From a virus (taxonomy: Duplodnaviria > Caudoviricetes), in the IMG/VR virus record IMGVR_UViG_3300032327_000851, positions 1-41,682 of that record: a stretch of 41,682 bases of DNA. One strand, 5' to 3'. The position numbers were made by a program, and so were the translations under genes. Below are positions 1 through 9,241 of the stretch, piece by piece. Each line of letters starts with the position of its first letter. Within the stretch, counting starts at the first letter, position 1. The notes beneath the pieces were generated by a model, which ran no database searches, was not told where the DNA came from, and saw only the letters and a program-made list of their open reading frames with translations.

Positions 1-168
1 AGTACGATTAGTTAAATTCAACCCAAGATCATCAATAGAATGAATCTCTTGAATTTGGTTCTTCACTGTAATAGGATCAGTAGACTGAATGTTTCCGTCT
101 ACTTTATTCACCTTTACATTAAATGAAGTCTCAGTTAATCTAACAGTAATATTGTTTAAATCTGTCAT
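1..168 (-). CDS. Partial hypothetical protein (MTDLNNITVRLTETSFNVKV...), runs off window edge
   Basis: Hand-translated: ATG at 168-166 overlaps the upstream TGA (ATGA coupling); no stop down to position 1. Confidence 0.7.
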   Translation of the reverse strand, partial: MTDLNNITVRLTETSFNVKVNKVDGNIQSTDPITVKNQIQEIHSIDDLGLNLTNRT

Positions 169-491
169 GTCTTAGTGACCTGTGGATAAACGGTCACAAT
201 CCCTTCTACAATTCTGCTCTTTACGCCAGTGGTTGAGGTTAGTTCGCAATCATATACATATCTACCGGGACTGATTGAATTTGAGTTGCTTGAACTTAAA
301 GATAGTGTTACTGCACCATCAGCTACTGTCACACCAAAATCATAAGCAGTGAGAGATGTATAATGCTTACGAAACTGTGCCTTACCAGTATATCCAGTGA
401 GAACTATAGGCGCATTGTTTGCATCAGTTACGTTAACTGTGACCCTGAAGTCAGTACCCTGATCAATATTGATGTTACTTTTAGTAGCCAT
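165..491 (-). CDS. Small conserved virion-associated protein of T4-like phages (beta-sandwich type)
   Basis: N-terminal NINIDQGTDF, AQFRKHY and GRYVYD...RIVEG..TV.P.VT pattern typical of T4-like structural clusters; has its own late promoter. Confidence 0.65.
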   Translation of the reverse strand: MATKSNINIDQGTDFRVTVNVTDANNAPIVLTGYTGKAQFRKHYTSLTAYDFGVTVADGAVTLSLSSSNSNSISPGRYVYDCELTSTTGVKSRIVEGIVTVYPQVTKT

Positions 492-517
492 TTTTACTCT
501 CTTATACTTGTTTAAAG

Positions 518-525
518 TATTTATA
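518..525 (-). promoter_or_regulatory. T4-type late promoter TATAAATA
   Basis: Exact TATAAATA on the minus strand, 26 nt upstream of the ATG at 491. Confidence 0.7.
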
Positions 526-1039
526 CACCGTTAGGATATTTATCTTTAATTTCATCCATGATATTTAAGAGTGCTTGAAAACAGGCTCTGGCTTCTTCTG
601 TGATGTCGTCTCTTGTTCTGTAAGTTTGAAGTACTGCGATTGAAGCTTTACGATCATCCCATTCGAGATGTTTGGTTGGGAAACCTTCTAGGCGACGGCG
701 CATAATCTCACCGCCCATGAGATGTGCGCCTGTTAGAACGTAAACAGCACCATCAATAGCCTTTTCATTGTCAAGTGTCTTGATATAGTCCTGTGCTGCT
801 TTAAGTTCACCAACATACACATCCATGCATGACATGTCTTCAAGAATCTGATACGATCTTAATATTTCATTTGGAACATGAAGATCGATTACATTATGAA
901 TTTGAAATAGTGCTCTAAGCCATGCAGCATACCACACACGAGGAGGTTTGCCTGTTGCCATTGCACCCCCTACTTCATGTGCTTCACATGCGTGATGAAG
1001 GTCTCTCGTTTCTTCCCAAAGGGGTTTCACTGCTGTCAT
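521..1039 (-). CDS. Heme oxygenase-like protein
   Basis: Proximal helix LWEETRDLHHACE (E-T-x-x-x-H-x-x-x-E), distal motif YVLTGAHLMGG resembling YVxEGSxLGG, C-terminal EEARACF; start overlaps the upstream stop. Confidence 0.75.
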   Translation of the reverse strand: MTAVKPLWEETRDLHHACEAHEVGGAMATGKPPRVWYAAWLRALFQIHNVIDLHVPNEILRSYQILEDMSCMDVYVGELKAAQDYIKTLDNEKAIDGAVYVLTGAHLMGGEIMRRRLEGFPTKHLEWDDRKASIAVLQTYRTRDDITEEARACFQALLNIMDEIKDKYPNGV

Positions 1040-4000
1040 GGTGTGTTGTCCGGTCTATCGCCAGATATTGACCATCCTATACCTGTCAAATAATTTCTAG
1101 CAGCAGTTGCAGTTCTATAATCAGCACTTTCATTTGGATCAACATAGCTTGTTTTGTAAAACCTATCTGTTGAAATACTAACATATGGTGGCTTGCCACC
1201 AACAGCAGAAGCTTTATTTGCAAATGATATTAAAAGTTTGGCATAATTGGTATTGCTTACTGCGGTACCACTTAGTAAATTAGAAAGACTCAATTGTGAT
1301 GTTATTTCTGTATTTAACGACCAATTTGAAATATCTTGACTGAATGATTTGGCATTATTAAACATTGAAGCAAAACTATTTACATTTGATACATTCCAAG
1401 ATGAAAGGTTTTGATTAAATGAAAAAGCAGAAACAAACATTTGTTCCATACTAGTAACATTACTAGTATTCCAAGTAGAAATGTTTCCGTTAAATGCTCC
1501 TGCAACGTAGAACATATACGTCATGTCAGTAACTTTTGATGTATCCCAAGTAGAAACATTACCATTAAATGTGTTTGCACCCCAGAACATTGATCTCATT
1601 GATGTCACATTAGCAGTATTCCATTTAGTCAAATCTAAATTGTCAATTTTAGGTGCGTATCCAGTTGATGAAAATCCTTGGAACATACCAATCATATTGG
1701 TAACTTTTGATGTATTCCAAGTAGAAATATTACCATTAAATGAGTTTGCATTATAAAACATTTGCTGCATGTTAACAACATTACCAGTATTCCAAGTAGA
1801 AATGTTTCCGTTAAATTTAAACGCAGCGGAAAACATACTCTGCATAGTGGTAACATTACCAGTATTCCAAGTAGAAATGTTGCTATTAAATTGAGAATTT
1901 CCAATGGTAGAACTACTTGCACCACCATTAAACATACTTGCCATAGTGGTAACATTACCAGTATTCCAAGTAGAAATGTTTCCGTTAAATAGTCTTGCGG
2001 AAGAAAACATAGATGACATGTTATTTGCTTTTGATGTATCCCAAGATTCAAGATTTTGATTAAATGCATAAGCAGAATTAAACATACTCTGCATATTAGT
2101 AACATTACCAGTATTCCAAGTAGAAATATTACCATTTCCTGTAAATGCACGAGCATTATATAACATCAAATACATATCATTTACTTTTGATGTATCAGTA
2201 AAATATAAGTTTTGATTGAATGCAGTAGCACCACTAAACATACTCTGCATAGTGGTAACATTACCAGTGTTCCAATTTAATGAATCATTAAATTTTGATG
2301 CATTATTAAACATACTAATCATATTGGTAACTTTTGATGTATTCCAAGTAGAAATATTACCATTAAATGAGTTTGCACCTTGGAACATATTTGTCATAAT
2401 GGTAACATTACCAGTATTCCAATTAGATACGTTATTGTTAAATGAATATGCACCTTGGAACATATTTGTCATAATGGTAACATTACCAGTATTCCATGTA
2501 GATACGTTATTGTTAAATGAGTTTGCACCTTGGAACATACCAATCATAGTGGTAACACTACCAGTATTCCAAGTAGAAACATTACCATTGAATGCACGAG
2601 CATTATAGAACATATACGACATGTCAGTAACTTTTGATGTGTTCCACTGATCAAGATTTTGATTAAATTTATTAGCATTATAAAATATTTGATACATATT
2701 AGTAACACTACCAGTGTTCCAAGACGAAATGTTTTGGTTGAAAGAATTTGCATTTCTAAACATATAAGAAATGTTGGTAACTTTTGATGTGTCCCAAGTA
2801 GAGATATTACTATTAAAGTTAATTGCTCCATCAAAAGTTTGTTGCATATTAATAACACTACCAGTGTTCCAAGACGAAATGTTTCCATTAAATAATTGAG
2901 CATTATTGAATGCGCTATTTAAACGGTCTACGCTGGAAGTATCCCACCTACTTAAATCACGATTAAATGAAACGGCGTTTAAAAATGTTTCATCCAATCG
3001 TACAAGCTTTGACGTATCCCAATATGAAATGTTTCCATTAAATAATGAACATCCACGAAACATACCCGTCATCTCAGTAAGGTTTTTTGTATCCCACTTT
3101 GACAAATCTTGATTGAATTTAGATGCTCCATTAAACATAAAAGCCATACTACTGACACTTGATGTGTTCCACTGTGTTACTGATGGAGAATTAAATTTGC
3201 TAGCATTATTAAATGTACCGTATAAAGCAAAACCCGACAATCCTGTAGGAGAATATGGAGTAACGTCAGTTAAGTTTTTAGCATTTCTAAAACAATTTGT
3301 AAGATTTGTGATAGGTAAATTATAGCCAAACGATTGACAATTGACGATCATGCTCTGTGAATTTGCATTATCAGCACTGGTGGCAATAGTACCATTGTAA
3401 AGATCACCAATAGCAGTTACCGGGCCGATCAATTCTACTTTATATTCACCATCTTCATCATATGTGTATGGTTGTATCCTATAATTACCACCATTTGTGG
3501 GCACCACTGTAGTTCCACCATCGCCCCATAAAATGGTTGCGTCTGATGGAGTAACAAATGAAAGATAAAATGTTTTTTTACCATCTTCTGCTAATCTTGT
3601 ATCAATATTTACAACAAAGTTTGGATAAGGAATTCTAAATCTGCTACGATCTGACCATTGAGATTCACCTACACCTATTCTATATCTTCCTTCAAATTCA
3701 TATATTTTGTTTTTATCGAGAGAAAGGTTTGTAACTAATACAAAATTATTATTTATAGTAGAAGTGATAGTGCTGCCAACTTGAAGATCATTTTCATAAA
3801 CTCTAAAATCTGCAAAACCACCAGAATATCCAAACCCAAATGGGCTTGAAAAGTTAGTCAATGTAATTCTAGCAGTTTCCGCATCAGGCAAAGTAGCTGA
3901 AGAAGGTTTCTCAATTAAATTGTCTGTAAAGACTTGTGTTTGAATTTTAGATTTAGCTGATGGCTCTGTTGCTACATCGCTTACTTGTGGAGTACGATAA

Positions 4001-4524
4001 TTCGGCCCACTAGGATTATCGCTATTAGCATAAAATTTAGCATAATATTCAGCTTGCCAATAGAAGGTGTCGCTCAAGTATAACTTTAGAGTATTGCCAT
4101 TACTTGTATCTGTCAGGGTCAATCCGTCTACACCATTAAAACCAGATGGTGCACCCAAAGTAAGAGTTGCGCCAGTTACTGTCGATATTTTAATACTGTT
4201 AGACATGTCTGAATTAAGACTGATATAAAATGTAGTACTTGTATAGTATATTTTATTTTCATAATTAAAACCGGGTGTGAACGGTGTTATACGAAGCAAA
4301 CGTCTTTCAGCTTGAGTTGTGGCTTCAATCGCTGACGGTCTACGAATAATTGGTGGCTGAAGTGGTTCCCACTGAAAACCATCTGAAATATAAATTGCAA
4401 GATCATCAGCAAAAGCCAATGATCCTTTATATAATGTAGCATCAATAATAGCTAGATTGGCTGTTAATCCAGAGCCAATGAACTTTTCTTTACCTGATCC
4501 ATATTTTAGTCCACTACTACTCAT
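1036..4524 (-). CDS. DUF285/BspA-like surface-repeat protein, probable fibre or adhesin
   Basis: About 25 repeats of ~25 aa, FNxxISxWNTxxVTxMxxMF; PKD-like segment (ILWGDG...YTY...GEY) precedes them; lies in the fibre cluster. Confidence 0.85.
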   Translation of the reverse strand: MSSSGLKYGSGKEKFIGSGLTANLAIIDATLYKGSLAFADDLAIYISDGFQWEPLQPPIIRRPSAIEATTQAERRLLRITPFTPGFNYENKIYYTSTTFYISLNSDMSNSIKISTVTGATLTLGAPSGFNGVDGLTLTDTSNGNTLKLYLSDTFYWQAEYYAKFYANSDNPSGPNYRTPQVSDVATEPSAKSKIQTQVFTDNLIEKPSSATLPDAETARITLTNFSSPFGFGYSGGFADFRVYENDLQVGSTITSTINNNFVLVTNLSLDKNKIYEFEGRYRIGVGESQWSDRSRFRIPYPNFVVNIDTRLAEDGKKTFYLSFVTPSDATILWGDGGTTVVPTNGGNYRIQPYTYDEDGEYKVELIGPVTAIGDLYNGTIATSADNANSQSMIVNCQSFGYNLPITNLTNCFRNAKNLTDVTPYSPTGLSGFALYGTFNNASKFNSPSVTQWNTSSVSSMAFMFNGASKFNQDLSKWDTKNLTEMTGMFRGCSLFNGNISYWDTSKLVRLDETFLNAVSFNRDLSRWDTSSVDRLNSAFNNAQLFNGNISSWNTGSVINMQQTFDGAINFNSNISTWDTSKVTNISYMFRNANSFNQNISSWNTGSVTNMYQIFYNANKFNQNLDQWNTSKVTDMSYMFYNARAFNGNVSTWNTGSVTTMIGMFQGANSFNNNVSTWNTGNVTIMTNMFQGAYSFNNNVSNWNTGNVTIMTNMFQGANSFNGNISTWNTSKVTNMISMFNNASKFNDSLNWNTGNVTTMQSMFSGATAFNQNLYFTDTSKVNDMYLMLYNARAFTGNGNISTWNTGNVTNMQSMFNSAYAFNQNLESWDTSKANNMSSMFSSARLFNGNISTWNTGNVTTMASMFNGGASSSTIGNSQFNSNISTWNTGNVTTMQSMFSAAFKFNGNISTWNTGNVVNMQQMFYNANSFNGNISTWNTSKVTNMIGMFQGFSSTGYAPKIDNLDLTKWNTANVTSMRSMFWGANTFNGNVSTWDTSKVTDMTYMFYVAGAFNGNISTWNTSNVTSMEQMFVSAFSFNQNLSSWNVSNVNSFASMFNNAKSFSQDISNWSLNTEITSQLSLSNLLSGTAVSNTNYAKLLISFANKASAVGGKPPYVSISTDRFYKTSYVDPNESADYRTATAARNYLTGIGWSISGDRPDNTP
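1320..3215 (-). repeat. Coding tandem repeat array, ~75-bp unit (boundaries approximate)
   Basis: Recurrent gtaacattaccagtattccaagtagaaat; exact 61-bp copies at 1690-1750 and 2317-2377; exact 48-bp copies at 2374-2421 and 2449-2496. Confidence 0.9.
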
Positions 4525-4525
4525 C

Positions 4526-4996
4526 TTATCTTACCTCTGTAAATGTTTCACGCTGATTTATAATAAACGAAAAATGTACCACTGCATCATTTGATGCACT
4601 TGGTAAATTATTTGCATTACTTGGACATGAAACCTGTAACCTCTCACCAGACAAAAGAACCTGTCTATCCAAGCCAATAAAGATAAAATCATTTGTAGGA
4701 ACGGGTGCCTTATTAACTACATAATATTCACGGTTATCTGTTCCTAAAATTCTAACAGAAGCTGTAATGTCACCAGCTACTGTATTGTTAGCACCTTTAA
4801 GGTTTGTTATGGTAAGACCAGTCATAATTGCTGCTGTATTGATTGTATATTGTGCTCTTAATGCAGTAGCAGGAACTACATACTTTGGAACGTCCAGAAT
4901 ATCAAACCATGTATTACCTTGAAGCTGAACACGATTTGCTTCGAATAGATTAAGTGGTGGATTTGATGTAACAATTGTATTACTTGTGATTGCCAA
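4526..4996 (-). CDS. Hypothetical virion/fibre-associated beta-rich protein
   Basis: 156-aa ORF packed with 1-nt gaps between fibre genes. Confidence 0.6.
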   Translation of the reverse strand: MAITSNTIVTSNPPLNLFEANRVQLQGNTWFDILDVPKYVVPATALRAQYTINTAAIMTGLTITNLKGANNTVAGDITASVRILGTDNREYYVVNKAPVPTNDFIFIGLDRQVLLSGERLQVSCPSNANNLPSASNDAVVHFSFIINQRETFTEVR

Positions 4997-4997
4997 G

Positions 4998-7214
4998 TTA
5001 GCCTCCTACGCCGATAATTAATGGTAGTGTGATGTTCTGAACGCCTCTAGAAAACGCTTGACCTTCGATTGTACTGCGTTCAAAATCAACTCTTAAGTCT
5101 TTACCTAGATATGTATCTCCTCGCTCTGTGGAGAAAGTAGCATATATGAGACCACCATTGTTTGAATATAGATTTGTTGTTGGGTCTGGTGCTACACCAG
5201 TAGCTCTCTGACCATATGGTAGAGCGTTATAGTTGATACCAGAACCAGCATATGAAAATTGCTGAGAGGTGGCTTCAATTCTTGATTCGAAAGGAATTGT
5301 ATATTTTTCTGGGGTTGACACGACATCATTTATCATACTAAACAATTCATTAATCATATTGTTCGCACGAGCACCCGCATTAATTTGAACGTTTGCAGTA
5401 AACGCTCTAAGTGTATCTCTCACTACAACCCAAGAATTTAAGAACTGAGGTTTTAAATTAATGTTAAATACATAATCTGGTGGTGTTACTATTGGTTCTA
5501 CAGAAAGTATAGCCGCAGTTGTTGGTGGGCTATCACGCATTACTAAAGTATCACCAGACTTGAATACGCCATTTGAATACTGAACAATTATTTTATTTGT
5601 TGTGCTATTAGCACTATACACTGTACCATTGGCAATAAAGTTATGAGTTCCATTGCTGCTATATACTGGTGCTGATAAATTAAATCCTATTACATCATCA
5701 ACTTGAAGTGAATATCTAACATCAGCAGATGGACCAACTGAATTGGCTGTAAAGAGACCATACGTGAAGAATCTTGCGCCCTGATCTTTACCAGACTTGA
5801 TATCATCAGCAATCTCAGTCAATAGCGTAGTTGTATCTCTAGCAGTTAATGTGAGATATGTAGGGTCTGAAGAAATGGTTGACCATCCATCAATTTCCTG
5901 ATATTTTGTCATCAATGATGAAACAATATTTGACATATTAGTTGAGATGTAGTTTGCTAGGTTTGATGATGCACTAAGATTTTGAACGTTTGCTACGCTG
6001 TCAATCTTTACTGCATATCTAAAGCCAGTTGATGCAAACGCATAGTCACCAAATGTACTATTTGAGTTTGTGGTTGTAACCTGACCACCATTATGCGCCC
6101 ACACACCAACTCTTGACCAGTTTGTAAAGATTGAAACCAACTGAACCAAGGCATCATTTACAACAGCATAACCAACACCATTTGGATTGACCGCAGTGAA
6201 CGAGTCAACAACAACTGATCTTAGTGGTGAGTCTGGATCAAGAACCGAACCATCAGCATAAATGTTACCACCGCCAAATGGACATAATGGGTTTCCTGTC
6301 GCACGATCAATTGGCAGAGACATTTGTTGATATGAGAAATTATGAATCTGTGTGCAGTCTGCAACATATGGTGAACGAGTGATGTACTCACCCGGTTTAA
6401 ATGCGAATGCATATCCAGTTTTTGGTGGTTCTTTTAGAGTAAATGGCTCGTGTTGTAATCCTTTAAAGGTGAAACCACGAACCTTCACACCACTAGACAA
6501 AAGAAACATGTTGTTTGGTGCTGAAGCTTGATTCCATGAAGGGTATAAATTGGTCACACGAACGTCATAACCATATAGAGCACAATTCGCAGGAATTACT
6601 GTATTTGGAGCAATTGAATAATCACCGGGATGAACAATAATTACACATGAATTGCCATCAGCAGCAGCAGCCTCAAGAGCAGCACCAACAGTAGCCTTAG
6701 CCTTATAAACACTCTTTCCGTTATTACTATCAGAACCAGACATAGTAACGTAGAAAGTACGTGCGATATCCTTCTTTGGAACAATCTGTGTTAGTAGTGC
6801 TTGAAGAATACCAGTGTTTGACCATGATCCTGTACCAGTACCACCAACCTTAAGATAAAAGTCATTGTTTAATACAACAGGGTCTCTATACACAAGAGCA
6901 AGTGTGTTGGCATTATAACTAAGGTTTGCGTTAAGGACTGCGACATTAGCAGCAAATATATCAACTTTTCCAATGCCAGCAATAGAAAGAACGTCAATAG
7001 CCTCTTCAAGACCATTAACGTTTGGAATGTCCATATTACCTATAACAATTTTACCAATCTTGTCAACCGCAAACTTACTGAACCCTTCAATTTGTAGGTC
7101 AATAAGTCTTGAGTTGATTGTAGAGTTGATATCTTCTACATTCATTTTAATAGCGGAATATTGGAGACTGTTATCGTTCCAAATATCCGTCATATTATAA
7201 ATTTTACTTGACAC
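4998..7214 (-). CDS. Tail fibre/spike protein with pectin-lyase-like beta-helix
   Basis: FYVTMSGSDSNNG...KATVGAAL...IIVHPGDY beta-helix entry motif; SPYVADCT and QLVSIFT motifs; GTG start with GAGG upstream. Confidence 0.65.
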   Translation of the reverse strand: MSSKIYNMTDIWNDNSLQYSAIKMNVEDINSTINSRLIDLQIEGFSKFAVDKIGKIVIGNMDIPNVNGLEEAIDVLSIAGIGKVDIFAANVAVLNANLSYNANTLALVYRDPVVLNNDFYLKVGGTGTGSWSNTGILQALLTQIVPKKDIARTFYVTMSGSDSNNGKSVYKAKATVGAALEAAAADGNSCVIIVHPGDYSIAPNTVIPANCALYGYDVRVTNLYPSWNQASAPNNMFLLSSGVKVRGFTFKGLQHEPFTLKEPPKTGYAFAFKPGEYITRSPYVADCTQIHNFSYQQMSLPIDRATGNPLCPFGGGNIYADGSVLDPDSPLRSVVVDSFTAVNPNGVGYAVVNDALVQLVSIFTNWSRVGVWAHNGGQVTTTNSNSTFGDYAFASTGFRYAVKIDSVANVQNLSASSNLANYISTNMSNIVSSLMTKYQEIDGWSTISSDPTYLTLTARDTTTLLTEIADDIKSGKDQGARFFTYGLFTANSVGPSADVRYSLQVDDVIGFNLSAPVYSSNGTHNFIANGTVYSANSTTNKIIVQYSNGVFKSGDTLVMRDSPPTTAAILSVEPIVTPPDYVFNINLKPQFLNSWVVVRDTLRAFTANVQINAGARANNMINELFSMINDVVSTPEKYTIPFESRIEATSQQFSYAGSGINYNALPYGQRATGVAPDPTTNLYSNNGGLIYATFSTERGDTYLGKDLRVDFERSTIEGQAFSRGVQNITLPLIIGVGG

Positions 7215-7244
7215 TCGTTTTTCCTCTTATTTGTATTCTTTATG

Positions 7245-7252
7245 TATTTATT
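7245..7252 (-). promoter_or_regulatory. Late promoter variant AATAAATA
   Basis: Intergenic, 30 nt upstream of the 7214 start. Confidence 0.5.
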
Positions 7253-7261
7253 AAACTTAGA

Positions 7262-7630
7262 TCAAGCATTTGGTGCTTTTGGCCAGACAACTTTATTTGC
7301 ATCAACAAAATTTTGTGGAATATCTCGTAAAGATTGCCTATATTCTGCCCACGATATTTTATCACCGGGCCAATCTGGCATTTGTGTATAATCACATTCG
7401 GAAAGAATTCTGTTTCTCTTTCTTTTAATCATTTCCCATGAAGTTTGGTGTTGTCTTGGCTTAAGAACCAATTGACCATCTTCAATAACTAGCATTTTGT
7501 TTTCTGTATTCATGGTATGTAAAAAAATATTGTATTGATCTTCAGTAATCTCGATTGCATCTTTCGGGATAGGAACACCCGCATCGCTATTATAAAAACC
7601 GCCACTGATAATACTAAAATATACTGCCAT
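7262..7630 (-). CDS. Tail fibre assembly chaperone
   Basis: IP.DAIEIT..QY and RNRILSECDYTQMPD...WAEYRQSLRDIPQ...WP motifs; start reassigned to ATG 7630 (MAVYFS), just after the fibre stop. Confidence 0.85.
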   Translation of the reverse strand: MAVYFSIISGGFYNSDAGVPIPKDAIEITEDQYNIFLHTMNTENKMLVIEDGQLVLKPRQHQTSWEMIKRKRNRILSECDYTQMPDWPGDKISWAEYRQSLRDIPQNFVDANKVVWPKAPNA

Positions 7631-7632
7631 TA

Positions 7633-9054
7633 TTAAAAACCCATTGCAATCCACCAAGCAGTAGTATTTACATTTTCTGTAGTCCAAGTTTGGAAGGATA
7701 CTGAACTTACGCTCACTACAGTAGTTGGATTTTCACCAGCACTATCATTATTATTTTTAACACCACCTGAAACAGTAACTGCAACTCTCGGTGAAGTAAA
7801 TGCTTGAGGGAATACTACAGTAGCAGTACTATCTTGTTGTGATGGTATAGTACCCCATTGTAGAAGCATTCCGTTTGGAAGTTTTACCCAATTACCAGAA
7901 CTGCCAGATGTACTACCAGCGCCTACACCAGCACCATTTGTGAAACTATCTACCGTTAGAACTTCTTTACCGCCAGTATAAATTTTACCAGTAGCTTCAA
8001 TTACACCAGTGTTTTTTAGTCGTATGGCTGAAGTACCAGTTTTATTTCCACTATAAACATTGACACCACTAGCAAAACGCATGGATGCATATCCATCGTT
8101 TAGATCAGCAATGTCACCAGCATCAGAGAGTGTAAGACCACCACCAAGAGCATTTGCGGTAGATATTGTAAGGTTTCCTGTCAATGAAGCAGATGCAGCA
8201 GTAAACGCACCTGTCGTAGACAATGCACCAGACCATGACCACTTACCAGTGCTATCAATTTTAGCATTACCCCATTCGGTTGAACCTAGAGAATTAGTTA
8301 CCTGAAAATATGCAGCGGCACCAGCACCAGCAAAACCTCTTAAACGATACCCACCAGTTGTTCCATCGTTTGGTGTTGTAGCATCTACCCAACCAGTACT
8401 ACGAAAGAGATCGCCATTCAAAACAAAAACGGGATCGCCTGTTATAGAATATGAAGTACCAGTGATTGAGGTAAATTTACCAGTATTTGCTGTAGTAGTG
8501 CCAATAGCATTAGGAGCTTCCCATGTTTTTGAAGCGAGTCTTGCAGCATTAGCAGAATTAAGCGTTGCAATATAATCTGAATCAACAGAAACACCAGCAG
8601 AAGTAACATTTATACCACTGCTTGGTTTTACGGTCAATGAACCAGAAGATGTTATATCACCAGTAAGTCCATTACCACCCTGAACTCTTGTAACTGTACC
8701 AGTACCAGCATTAGTCCAATACAAATATCCACCAGTACCAATCGCTAGAATTTGTCCTGATACACCAATCTTATTGTTGGCTACAATTCTTGTAGAAGGT
8801 CCAAAGGTAAACATTGTGCTATTTGCAGAAATAGCACTTGCAACTTGGAAGGTGTTTGATGTAATTAGTGTGTTTGTGCTAAACCTACCGTAAAGAGTAG
8901 CATTACGAGGACTTGTAGTTGATCCAGTAATTCCACTAGTACTATTAGCAGTTACGACTTCACTAGAAAGTATATCAAAAAGTTGATTGGTACGTGTAAT
9001 CCACGATCCAAACGTATCTACTTGAATGTCAACATTGGCAACTTGTCTAGCCAT
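7633..9054 (-). CDS. Tail fibre protein
   Basis: Gly/Ser/Thr-rich; N-terminal DTFGSWITRTN; C-terminal KLPNGMLLQWG...VVFPQAF...WWIAMGF tip domain; followed by a chaperone gene. Confidence 0.85.
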   Translation of the reverse strand: MARQVANVDIQVDTFGSWITRTNQLFDILSSEVVTANSTSGITGSTTSPRNATLYGRFSTNTLITSNTFQVASAISANSTMFTFGPSTRIVANNKIGVSGQILAIGTGGYLYWTNAGTGTVTRVQGGNGLTGDITSSGSLTVKPSSGINVTSAGVSVDSDYIATLNSANAARLASKTWEAPNAIGTTTANTGKFTSITGTSYSITGDPVFVLNGDLFRSTGWVDATTPNDGTTGGYRLRGFAGAGAAAYFQVTNSLGSTEWGNAKIDSTGKWSWSGALSTTGAFTAASASLTGNLTISTANALGGGLTLSDAGDIADLNDGYASMRFASGVNVYSGNKTGTSAIRLKNTGVIEATGKIYTGGKEVLTVDSFTNGAGVGAGSTSGSSGNWVKLPNGMLLQWGTIPSQQDSTATVVFPQAFTSPRVAVTVSGGVKNNNDSAGENPTTVVSVSSVSFQTWTTENVNTTAWWIAMGF

Positions 9055-9241
9055 AATTTTTCCCGTTTAATACCTGATTAAGTAAATTTTTGATTTCTGT
9101 GAGTTCACATTCTAGGCAGTTCATTCTTTCCTGAAAGCTATCTGCTTTATTTTTTTCTTCACGCTTTGCCAAAATCATTTTATAATAATTGTCATCTTTA
9201 TTTATAACAGCACCAGTACTGTCATCTCGTATAAATGTCAT
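9047..9241 (-). CDS. Small coiled-coil protein conserved downstream of DUF4815/VrlC-like genes
   Basis: RDDSTGAVIN.D...Y motif plus C-terminal coiled coil ELTEIKNLL; overlaps both neighbours. Confidence 0.7.
   Translation of the reverse strand: MTFIRDDSTGAVINKDDNYYKMILAKREEKNKADSFQERMNCLECELTEIKNLLNQVLNGKNYG

Noticed and set aside
1320-3215. Regular repeats suggesting a CRISPR array or a DGR template/variable pair
   Set aside because: The repeats are in-frame protein repeats with no unique spacers; no cas or reverse transcriptase gene and no non-coding template copy in the window
1523-3325. Plus-strand and alternative-frame ORFs over the DUF285 gene
   Set aside because: Shadows of the repetitive coding strand with no recognisable motifs
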